Shown piece after piece: positions 1 to 8,037 of a DNA stretch of 64,000 nucleotides (the first letter of the stretch is position 1; every line of letters starts with the position of its first letter). Source of the DNA: Ignavibacteria bacterium (GTDB lineage Bacteria > Bacteroidota > Ignavibacteria > Kapaibacteriales > UBA2268); assembly GCA_016844745.1 (NCBI GenBank), contig JAERMQ010000009.1, positions 7,184 to 71,183 on the forward strand, read 5' to 3'. The notes under the pieces were generated by a model. That model made no database searches. It was not told the origin of the DNA and saw only the letters and a program-made list of their open reading frames with translations. The position numbers and the translations under genes are program-made.

Positions 1-16
1 GTTTTGATAATCAAGA

Positions 17-50
17 AACTTTCCGAAAGTAGGGAAACTTTCGGAAAGTT
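17..50. repeat. Palindromic repeat family A (AACTTTCCGAAAGT-AGGGAA-ACTTTCGGAAAGT), copy 1
   Basis: Inverted repeat; same sequence at 1010-1042 and an inverted near-identical copy at 19065-19097. Confidence 0.9.
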
Positions 51-56
51 CTCATG

Positions 57-320
57 TTAAGAATAAACTACGTTCGGATTCTCGGGCATAATGGAAATGC
101 GGTAGCCAAAGTCATAATCAATATCTGCTTCGATTAATGCAGAAAAATGCAATAATTCCATTTCCCTGTCTTCGTCCATATCCGCAATAACATTAATCCA
201 GATATGGTCTGGGTCATCCGGGCTTGTAGAAAGATTTTTAAGTATTATCTCAGGATATTTATCCTTAACTTTTGCCAGAAACTCATCTATAAGTTGTTCT
301 TGTTTATGATTTATATTCAT
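57..320 (-). CDS. Small protein, probable MNT-like antitoxin partner of the upstream HEPN gene
   Basis: 87 aa; start overlaps the HEPN stop (ATGA); size and position fit HEPN/MNT pairs, but no clear GS motif. Confidence 0.55.
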   Translation of the reverse strand: MNINHKQEQLIDEFLAKVKDKYPEIILKNLSTSPDDPDHIWINVIADMDEDREMELLHFSALIEADIDYDFGYRISIMPENPNVVYS

Positions 321-682
321 GTCATTACTCCGGTTAATATTTCAATAAATTCTTTTGCTTTTTCCAAATTTTCTTTGGATTTCTTTTTATTTACTCCGCT
401 ACCATAATCTGTAAAGTTTCTTATACTCTGCATTTCGTACAAATAACTTTTATATTTAGACGGTAATATCTTTCTTCTATTGATAAATAAATCGGAAAAT
501 ATTGAATTCAATGCTTTATGGTCGATTTTCGGCTCATAACCTGATTGATAAACCGCTACCAGTGCTATATGAAATGCAGCATAATATGCCCTATTTGCAG
601 ACGCATTATATAAACCATTTTCAAATAGCATTTCTGCTGCTTTTAGATTTTCTTTTGAACGTTGATGGAAAGTTTCAATCAT
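317..682 (-). CDS. HEPN domain protein
   Basis: A..LF..G.Y.AS.NRAYYAAFH signature; R...DY motif (IRNFTDY). Confidence 0.85.
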   Translation of the reverse strand: MIETFHQRSKENLKAAEMLFENGLYNASANRAYYAAFHIALVAVYQSGYEPKIDHKALNSIFSDLFINRRKILPSKYKSYLYEMQSIRNFTDYGSGVNKKKSKENLEKAKEFIEILTGVMT

Positions 683-744
683 AATGATACTCCGATATTT
701 TCCAATTCTTGAATTGCCAATTATGACCAGATTATTTCAGCCAT
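679..744 (-). pseudogene. Remnant of a ParE/RelE-type toxin N-terminus
   Basis: Reads MAEIIWS*LAIQELENIGVSL*; overlaps the antitoxin stop as in ParDE-like operons; in-frame TAA, then truncated by the HEPN gene. Confidence 0.6.
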
Positions 745-914
745 TTTCCTAGCTTTTGCTCAACTTCATCCTGAGTAAAAACCTTGCCGTTTCTAATATC
801 ATCCAATCCTTGTTCGACTTTGTCAAGAAAAATCAATCTCTCAACAATTTCATCAATTTCGAACTGCTCCGGCATCTGGTTAATTGCTTCAGTTACTTGT
901 TCTTTAAAAAGCAT
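732..914 (-). CDS. Small antitoxin of ParD/RelB-like type
   Basis: 60 aa; LIFLDKVEQGLDDIRNGKVFTQDEV pattern typical of antitoxins preceding ParE-like toxins. Confidence 0.7.
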   Translation of the reverse strand: MLFKEQVTEAINQMPEQFEIDEIVERLIFLDKVEQGLDDIRNGKVFTQDEVEQKLGKWLK

Positions 915-1009
915 TTGTTTTCCTATTAATTATTATTTTTATTTAACGTATCGCCTAAATTTTTATTTTTTATAATAGAATTTCAAATATAAAAAAAATT
1001 AAAACTTTC

Positions 1010-1110
1010 AACTTTCCGAAAGTAGGGAAACTTTCGGAAAGTACTTCTTTTCACTTTACAAACTTTATAAACTTTCAACTTTATGAACTAAACAAACTTT
1101 ATGAACTAAA
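1010..1110. repeat. Family A palindrome followed by 9-mer-type tandem repeats (ACTTTATAA/ACTTTCA; family F)
   Basis: 1010-1042 identical to 17-49; F repeats also at 18851-18880 (reverse) and 23497-23545. Confidence 0.85.
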
Positions 1111-1226
1111 TTTCACATAGTCAGAAAAAATGCACATACTACCCTTACACTTTCTACTGACAAATTGTCATTCAAAAAAAATTCAAAATCTGCAAAAATT
1201 TCACGAATTATTGCCATTTTGGCAAT

Positions 1227-1255
1227 AAAAAAAGCCTCACTTGCGAGAGGCTTTT
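1227..1255 (-). terminator. Intrinsic terminator downstream of the ECF sigma gene
   Basis: AAGCCTC..GAGGCTT stem followed by a T run on the minus strand. Confidence 0.75.
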
Positions 1256-1333
1256 CATCATTCATTTTTAAATGCTCATTTTGAATTATTAATTCAGCAT
1301 TCAGAATTCAGCATTCAGAATTATTTCGGAGTA

Positions 1334-1993
1334 TTAATTCTCGTTTATTGATTTGTATAAATCTTTCAATTTTCTTCGCAAATGAAGCACGGCGTAACGC
1401 TTGCGGGCAAGCAATGTATTGATATTGACGCCGGATTCCTCGCTCATTTCGCGGAATGAAATTCCTTCGAATTCATTGCGAACGAAAACTTCGCGCTGCT
1501 CCATAGGAAGCTCTTCCAAGCCCATCTGCACTGATTCCCAGATTGTTTTTCGCACTAATTCCGTTTCCGGCGATGTTGAGAAATCACCTAAGAAATTCTC
1601 GAAAGAATCGATACCGTCGTCAACCTGACCGGGAGTCTGCATATCGGAGAAAGTCTCCGCACGCTTCTTGCGGTAGGAATCGATAATTCGGTTGCGAACG
1701 GCTGTGAATACCCATGAGGCGATGTTTTCAATCGGCTTCTGAACGTTAGCCGAGGCTGCAAGTACGTTTGTGAACACATCCTGCAGAATGTCTTCTGCTT
1801 CTTCCTGGCTGCGAACACGTTGGCGGATAAATCCCAAAAATTTCTTCCGGTCATTGCGGAACAAATTTTCGATTTGAACGGTAAGTTCCATATTCTCGCT
1901 CCTTTTTAAAGAATTAAAATCACTTTTGCTTTCAGCTTTGTTCTTTTGACTTAGCTCGTGGATACGATGCATTATTTCTTTCTTTTTGTTCAT
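1334..1993 (-). CDS. ECF-type sigma-70 family RNA polymerase sigma factor
   Basis: Region 2 (AEDILQDVF, WVFTAVRNRIIDSYRK) and region 4 (LPMEQREVF..EGISFREMSE..INTLLARKRYA); true start may be downstream. Confidence 0.9.
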   Translation of the reverse strand: MNKKKEIMHRIHELSQKNKAESKSDFNSLKRSENMELTVQIENLFRNDRKKFLGFIRQRVRSQEEAEDILQDVFTNVLAASANVQKPIENIASWVFTAVRNRIIDSYRKKRAETFSDMQTPGQVDDGIDSFENFLGDFSTSPETELVRKTIWESVQMGLEELPMEQREVFVRNEFEGISFREMSEESGVNINTLLARKRYAVLHLRRKLKDLYKSINEN

Positions 1994-2250
1994 TTTGTGC
2001 CCTTAATTCATATTTCTAATTACTTAAATGGAGTAGAGAAACTACCATGCGCCTCCGCTTAATTAAAAACCTATTTTTTATTATCGGTACATTTTCGAAA
2101 AACTTTTTCCAAATTTGCACCGGCTTCTACTATATAGACACAGGAAAATCAAAAAAGTTTCAAAAAAAATTCAAAAAATCTATTTTTTTTTAACCGAAAC
2201 TAAATTTTCTTCTATTTCAAATCTGCCATTCTGACAGAAACGACGTTCTA

Positions 2251-3900
2251 TTATCCTAACATAGGAATTTTTATGCCAAACTTTCCGGCATTTTCTTTAG
2301 CTCTTTCATAACCGGCATCGGTATGCCTGATTATACCCATCATCGGGTCATAAGTCAATACTCTTTTCAATCTAAGTTCGGCTTCTGCACTGCCGTCAGC
2401 TACTACAACCATACCTGCATGAAGCGATAATCCCATTCCGACTCCGCCGCCGTGATGGAAGGAAATCCATGATGCGCCGCCGATGGCATTCAATGCAAAA
2501 TTGAAATACACCCAGTCGGCAATAGCATCCGAGCCGTCTGCCATACCTTCGGTCTCACGATAAGGCGAAGCAACGGAACCGCAATCCAAATGGTCTCTTC
2601 CAATAACAATCGGCGCCGATACTTTGCCGGTTGCAACGAGTTCATTGAACATCAAACCTGCTTTTGCCCGCTCGCCATAGCCAAGCCAGCAGATTCTCGC
2701 AGGCAGCGCCTGATAACGAACATGCTTTTGCGCTTGAGTTATCCAGCGATGAAGCGGCTCATTATACGGAAATAATTCCATAATAGCATCATCGGTAACA
2801 CGAATATCCTCCGGGTCGCCCGATAGAGCTACCCACCGGAAAGGACCTTTGCCGTCGCAGAATAGAGGACGAATGTATGCCGGAACGAATCCTGGAAAAT
2901 CAAATGCATTCGTAACAGAATCATAATCCTTAGCTATTCCTCGTATGTTATTTCCGTAATCGAAAACAACAGAGCCACGTTTCTGAAATTCAAGCATCGC
3001 CCGAACGTGAGCGCCAATGGATTTATATGCTTTTTCAAGATATTCCGTTGGATTTGAAATTCTCAAATTATCAGCTTCATCTTTGCTAAGTCCTGCGGGA
3101 TAATATCCGTTCAGCGGGTCGTGGGCAGCAGTTTGGTCTGTTACGACGTCGGGAATAATTCCTCTAATCAATAGTTCGGGTAGAACTTCGGAAGCATTGC
3201 CAACCAATCCAATGGATAATGCAGTTTTAGTCAACTTGTGCTGCTCGACTAATTGCAGGGCATCGTCTAAAGTCTGAATCTTAACATTGCAATAACCATC
3301 ATGGATACGTTTATCAATGCGTTTTTCATCAATTTCAACTGTAATGGATACTGCACCTGCAAAATAGGCTGCAAGAGGCTGTGCGCCTCCCATTCCGCCC
3401 ATTCCGGCAGTTAATAAGAAACGTCCGGCAAGGGAGCCTCCGAAGTGGCTTCGGGCACATTCTGCAAATGTTTCATAAGTGCCTTGCAATATGCCTTGAG
3501 TGCCTATATAAATCCAGCTTCCTGCGGTCATCTGACCATACATCATCAAACCTAAACTATCCAAACGGCGGAATTCATCCCAGGTTGCCCATTTGGGGAC
3601 TAAATTGGAATTTGCGATAATTACTCTGGGCGCGGCTGTGTATGTTGGGACAACTCCGACTGGCTTGCCGGATTGAACGAGCAGTGTTTCATCTTCGTTC
3701 ATATTGGCAAGGGTATCGAGAATAGCGTCGTAACATTCCCAATTGCGTGCGGCTTTACCCAAACCGCCGTAAACTATTAAGTCTTGAGGCTTTTCGGCAT
3801 TTTCGGGGTCTAAGTTGTGTTGGAGCATACGCCAAGCGGCTTCAATCTGCCAGTTTTTGCAGGTTAGCTTGGTTCCTCTTGGTACTTTTACTTCGCGCAT
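2251..3900 (-). CDS. hutU: Urocanate hydratase
   Basis: [61 protein letters not shown] motifs. Confidence 0.98.
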   Translation of the reverse strand: MREVKVPRGTKLTCKNWQIEAAWRMLQHNLDPENAEKPQDLIVYGGLGKAARNWECYDAILDTLANMNEDETLLVQSGKPVGVVPTYTAAPRVIIANSNLVPKWATWDEFRRLDSLGLMMYGQMTAGSWIYIGTQGILQGTYETFAECARSHFGGSLAGRFLLTAGMGGMGGAQPLAAYFAGAVSITVEIDEKRIDKRIHDGYCNVKIQTLDDALQLVEQHKLTKTALSIGLVGNASEVLPELLIRGIIPDVVTDQTAAHDPLNGYYPAGLSKDEADNLRISNPTEYLEKAYKSIGAHVRAMLEFQKRGSVVFDYGNNIRGIAKDYDSVTNAFDFPGFVPAYIRPLFCDGKGPFRWVALSGDPEDIRVTDDAIMELFPYNEPLHRWITQAQKHVRYQALPARICWLGYGERAKAGLMFNELVATGKVSAPIVIGRDHLDCGSVASPYRETEGMADGSDAIADWVYFNFALNAIGGASWISFHHGGGVGMGLSLHAGMVVVADGSAEAELRLKRVLTYDPMMGIIRHTDAGYERAKENAGKFGIKIPMLG

Positions 3901-4026
3901 GTTTTTTCCTTCTAAACTATTACAAATATAATAAAAATTTTAAATCCGACAAAACTAATCTTATTTAATATTAAAAATAATTTTTCTTGTTCAATTTCAC
4001 CTATAAAGCCTGATATAAAAGTCAGG

Positions 4027-4110
4027 AAGAATGTCATTCTGAACGCAGTGAAGAATCCAGTCCCAATGTGGCTTCTGGATTCTTCACTGCGTTCAGAATG
4101 ACATCCTTCT
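4027..4110. repeat. REP-like inverted repeat family C (GTCATTCTGAACGCAGTGAAGAATC...GATTCTTCACTGCGTTCAGAATGAC), empty form
   Basis: Long perfect inverted arms; related copies at 19682-19883, 48020-48290, 60485-60730. Confidence 0.9.
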
Positions 4111-4226
4111 ATATTATCGCATTATCAAGCAATCTCAACAGGAATATCTTTTGCCATCCTATCGTTACAAGCGATGGTATGGCAGGATAAACAATATTTT
4201 TTATTAAATTCGTTTATGTTCAAACT

Positions 4227-4622
4227 ATGATGAGTTTAGAGGAACATATTGAACATTGGCTAAAGACTTCAGAGAAAGACCTTGAGTCGGCATCAAATAT
4301 GTTTTCAGCCGGAATTTATGATTGGTCTTTATTTGTTGCACATCTTGCTTTGGAAAAATTACTTAAAGCGCTTTGGATTCAAGCAAATCAGCAAGCATTT
4401 CCTCCAAAAATCCATAATTTGATGAAATTAGCCGAACAAGCCGGGATTGAATTAACTGAAGAGCAAGTTGAGTTTTTTAGGCTTGTTAATCAATTTCATT
4501 TAGAGGCAAGGTATCAGGAATATAAAGATGATTTTCAAAAAATTGCAACGAAAGAATTTTCAAATCATAATCTTATAAAAATCAAGGAAGTTTGTTTATG
4601 GTTGAAGTCCCAAATAATATAA
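4227..4622 (+). CDS. HEPN domain protein
   Basis: W...SEKDL.SA..MF.AG.YDWSLF.AHLALEKLLKA, PPKIHNL, ARY motifs. Confidence 0.9.
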   Translation: MMSLEEHIEHWLKTSEKDLESASNMFSAGIYDWSLFVAHLALEKLLKALWIQANQQAFPPKIHNLMKLAEQAGIELTEEQVEFFRLVNQFHLEARYQEYKDDFQKIATKEFSNHNLIKIKEVCLWLKSQII

Positions 4623-4915
4623 TCGAATCAATAAAGCGATTCGCTATCGAAGCTGAAAAAAATAATATCAATATCCAGCAGGCAATATTATTTGGTAGTT
4701 ATGCCAAAGGCAATAATACTGAATGGAGCGATATTGACGTTGCAGTTGTTTCGGAAAATTTTGAAGGAATCAGGTTTTATGATAATTTGAAACTCTCAAA
4801 GCCAGTAGTGCGAACAAATATTGATATAGAAACACACCCATTCCGTCCGGAAGATTTCACCGAAGATAATCCGTTCGTAAAGGAAATATTGGAATATGGA
4901 ATCAGGATAATTTAA
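4598..4915 (+). CDS. Minimal nucleotidyltransferase (MNT) antitoxin
   Basis: AILFGSYAKG...SDIDVAVV signature; overlaps the HEPN gene. Confidence 0.9.
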   Translation: MVEVPNNIIESIKRFAIEAEKNNINIQQAILFGSYAKGNNTEWSDIDVAVVSENFEGIRFYDNLKLSKPVVRTNIDIETHPFRPEDFTEDNPFVKEILEYGIRII

Positions 4916-4955
4916 AAAAGCAAGACATCCAATGTTTTGCAAACATTGGATGTCT
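4847..4955 (+). repeat. 109-bp direct repeat, copy 1 (MNT 3' end plus AGACATCCAATGTTT..AAACATTGGATGTCT hairpin)
   Basis: Aligns without gaps to 7910-8018. Confidence 0.9.
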
Positions 4956-6643
4956 TCTCCCTTTTGTCAAAGTTTTATTATATTAGGTCATCCAATGACC
5001 GGCAGCCACCGGAAGATTTAATAACAATAAAAGAGGGAATAAAAGAGTCTATATTTTATTATAGTGATGACGAACAGAGAATAAAAATGGAATATAAAGA
5101 AAATAATGTACTTCTTTATACTAAATACTATCTGGATGGTTACGAGCTAATCCAATATCCCGATAATACTACAAAAGAACTGACATCCTTAGGCGGGGAA
5201 GCAGTTGTAGTAAAAGATAGAAATAATGTAGTCAAAACTTATTACGTTCATACCGACCAATTAGGTTCACTTCAATGCCTGACCGATGAAAACGGCGATA
5301 TTGTGCCTAATGCGGAATTCAGCTTCGACCCTTGGGGTAAAATAAGGAAAAAGGATGACTGGACCCAGAATTATTCAAATGAATCCCAACTATCAACTTT
5401 TGATATTATTGGACGAGGATTTACCGGTCACGAGCACATGCCTCAATTCGGACTTATCAATATGAACGGGAGAGTATATGACCCAATGCTCGGACAGTTT
5501 ATTCAACCCGATAATAACATTCAATTCCCAAGCTATAGTCAAAATTACAACAGGTATAGTTATTGTCTCAACAATCCGGTTAATTTCACTGACCCATCGG
5601 GAGAGGACCTTGGTCCTGTACTCACGAGTATTCTTACTGGTGGTGGTTATAATATAAGTCATTCCGTAAGTCGAATTTACAATGCTTATCATAACTTTGG
5701 AAATGATGCCGGTAATGAAGTATTGTTTCAGACAATATTTTGGACTGGGTACTCGACAATTGCCGGTATGATGTTGGGACAAAGTTTGGATTTTCTTATC
5801 AGCTCTTTTGCGAATCCAGGTATAAGTTCGAAAGCAAATGATGTTGCATCAGCGATTTCACCAAATAACCCTCCTGGTGGTTATGTATCAACTGACCAAG
5901 GATTATTGTCAACCATTAATTTTGGTCCAGGAGCTTCCGTTTCTAACGCAGCATCTAATATTGCTCCAAGACTTGCCTTATCAACTGGAGGGAAAATTGG
6001 AGCTGCTGCAGGAGCGGTAATAGGTGCTTGGGCAGTCACAAAAAGTTGGAATGCACAATATATTGCAAGTTATCGTTCTTTTGCCTCACGAAGGGCTAAA
6101 GAGTATCAAGTAGCAGGAACACCATTTACTTGCGAAGATTTAGTTTTACAGATTTTAATTGATTTTGCTAGCCAAAATCAACTACCGGTTGTATTAAATA
6201 TAAATGGTATAACTTATAACGCTGCTGATAGTCGTTGGGGGGGTGATATTAAGGAATTTAGAGATGAACTTTTTAACATTACAGCTTCATCCCATCTTCA
6301 GAATAGCGATAATACAGTTGGGATAGGATATGATGATTTACTTCCCGGAGATATGTTACTTCAAGTACTATATCCAAATGGAGTCAGCAATCATGCTCAA
6401 GAAGTAGTAGATGTAAATAAATATTTTATTGAAATAATTCAAGGAAATACTAAGAGTTCATATTTTGGATCAGGTAAACCATCTCAAAGTAATTATATAG
6501 GAACTCCTCTAAATAATTCCTATTTCAATAGGGCAAATGGCAATTTTTTTAGTGGTCGTACTAGAACATTAGAGAAATTTAATAAACTAAAACAATTTCA
6601 AGGTAAAAGATGGAATTTTGATAAATTTAATAAATGGAGATGA
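4937..6643 (+). CDS. Orphan (5'-truncated) Rhs repeat-associated core protein with C-terminal toxin domain
   Basis: YYVHTDQLGS, FDPWG, GFTGHEH..LINMNGRVYDP, NRYSYCLNNPVNFTDPSG core end; start is a TTG inside a hairpin, so likely a fragment. Confidence 0.85.
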   Translation: MQTLDVFSLLSKFYYIRSSNDRQPPEDLITIKEGIKESIFYYSDDEQRIKMEYKENNVLLYTKYYLDGYELIQYPDNTTKELTSLGGEAVVVKDRNNVVKTYYVHTDQLGSLQCLTDENGDIVPNAEFSFDPWGKIRKKDDWTQNYSNESQLSTFDIIGRGFTGHEHMPQFGLINMNGRVYDPMLGQFIQPDNNIQFPSYSQNYNRYSYCLNNPVNFTDPSGEDLGPVLTSILTGGGYNISHSVSRIYNAYHNFGNDAGNEVLFQTIFWTGYSTIAGMMLGQSLDFLISSFANPGISSKANDVASAISPNNPPGGYVSTDQGLLSTINFGPGASVSNAASNIAPRLALSTGGKIGAAAGAVIGAWAVTKSWNAQYIASYRSFASRRAKEYQVAGTPFTCEDLVLQILIDFASQNQLPVVLNINGITYNAADSRWGGDIKEFRDELFNITASSHLQNSDNTVGIGYDDLLPGDMLLQVLYPNGVSNHAQEVVDVNKYFIEIIQGNTKSSYFGSGKPSQSNYIGTPLNNSYFNRANGNFFSGRTRTLEKFNKLKQFQGKRWNFDKFNKWR

Positions 6644-6990
6644 TTATGAAAAATTTGAAATATTTTTATTGCTTTAAATATGTCCCTTTTATTACTTCTT
6701 TATTATATTTATTATTCTTTTTGTTTTTATATTACGGCTCTATAAGACAATTTGGGTGGTGTATTTCAAGTGATAATCCTAATTGGTTAAACTATTTTTA
6801 TAATTATTGTTTAATTTATTCAATTGAATATCATTTTATTTTTTATTATTTACCTTTGTTTTTGTTTATCATTTTTGGATTATTGAGATTAATTAAAATA
6901 AAAATTTTTCTTTATTATATAACTTTAATTTTATTATTCATATATATATTACTTTGTAATTTTTTATGGGGTTATTGGAATCCATATTAA
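6634..6990 (+). CDS. Putative membrane immunity protein for the Rhs toxin
   Basis: Overlaps the Rhs stop; very AT-rich; about three hydrophobic segments. Confidence 0.55.
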   Translation: MEMIMKNLKYFYCFKYVPFITSLLYLLFFLFLYYGSIRQFGWCISSDNPNWLNYFYNYCLIYSIEYHFIFYYLPLFLFIIFGLLRLIKIKIFLYYITLILLFIYILLCNFLWGYWNPY

Positions 6991-7266
6991 TGATATTAAC
7001 AAGAATCTAATTTTTTAAAGTTATAATGAAAAGATTGAGTAATGTAGAAAATTGATTACTTTTTTATGAAAATTTTAATTTTATGCTTTAAATAAATATT
7101 TTTGCTTGATAATCTCAAAAAAACTTGATAATGAAATAATAAAAAAAGTAAAAGATCAAAAATACAACTGGAGACATTGAATATCAAAATAAATGACATT
7201 GTCATCTAAACTGTCTGGATAAGGAAGTTGAATTAAATCTTAAATATAAAAATAAAGGCTTTGATT

Positions 7267-7719
7267 ATGAAAATAAAAATGAAGATATCTTTCAAAATTC
7301 TAATAGCTTTAGGATTACTCATTAGCTTAAAGCTATTTGCATACCCTGCCGTAGTTTATAACTTCGACGAAGCAGGCAACCGCATTACAAGCAGGGTTGT
7401 CAATATGAAACAGTCGATAGAAACACCGCCCGAAGAGCAAAAGGTTGCAGGGTTCAGCATAAAGGTGTATCCGAATCCTACAGCCGACATTTTAAAAGTG
7501 GAGATAGAAGGCTTGCAAAAGGATTCCAGAGTAAAAATCGAGATGTTCGACCTCAAGGGCGCAAAGCTCTACTCAAACGAGACGAATAATAACCGGTACG
7601 ACATCGACCTTTCGCAAAGGACAACCGGTGTCTATATTTTGAATATCTATATCGACGACAAGACGACTTACTGGAAGATAGTAATCTCACCTATACCATC
7701 TCTTTCAGCGATAGCATAG
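7267..7719 (+). CDS. Small T9SS C-terminal-domain protein of the type found beside Rhs genes; C-terminus possibly altered
   Basis: Signal peptide, YNFDEAGNRI YD-like motif, IKVYPNPT..IDLSQRTTGVYIL CTD. Confidence 0.8.
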   Translation: MKIKMKISFKILIALGLLISLKLFAYPAVVYNFDEAGNRITSRVVNMKQSIETPPEEQKVAGFSIKVYPNPTADILKVEIEGLQKDSRVKIEMFDLKGAKLYSNETNNNRYDIDLSQRTTGVYILNIYIDDKTTYWKIVISPIPSLSAIA

Positions 7720-7859
7720 GAATATTGGTCTGCCTTCCATGCGATGAAAAGTTCTCATGGCTATTATAACTTTAAGTATCCATATCCCTTAATCCTACCA
7801 ATCCTAATTCAGACATTTTCCACCTTTACCATCGCTTTCAGCGTTCGCATAAGAATTAT

Positions 7860-8018
7860 TTGCCATCCTATCGATGAAGTCGATGGTATGGCTGTAAAAA
7901 CAATGCTGCCCGGAGGATTTCACGGAAAATAATCCTTTCGTTAAGGAAATATTGGAATATGGGATAAGGATAATATAATAAAACAAGACATCCAATGTTT
8001 GGCAAACATTGGATGTCT
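7860..8018 (+). pseudogene. Internally deleted second copy of the HEPN-MNT module (upstream hairpin joined to the MNT 3' end)
   Basis: 7860-7904 matches 4151-4194; 7910-8018 matches 4847-4955 and encodes PEDFTENNPFVKEILEYGIRII*. Confidence 0.8.
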
Positions 8019-8037
8019 AATTTATTGCATCATTATT

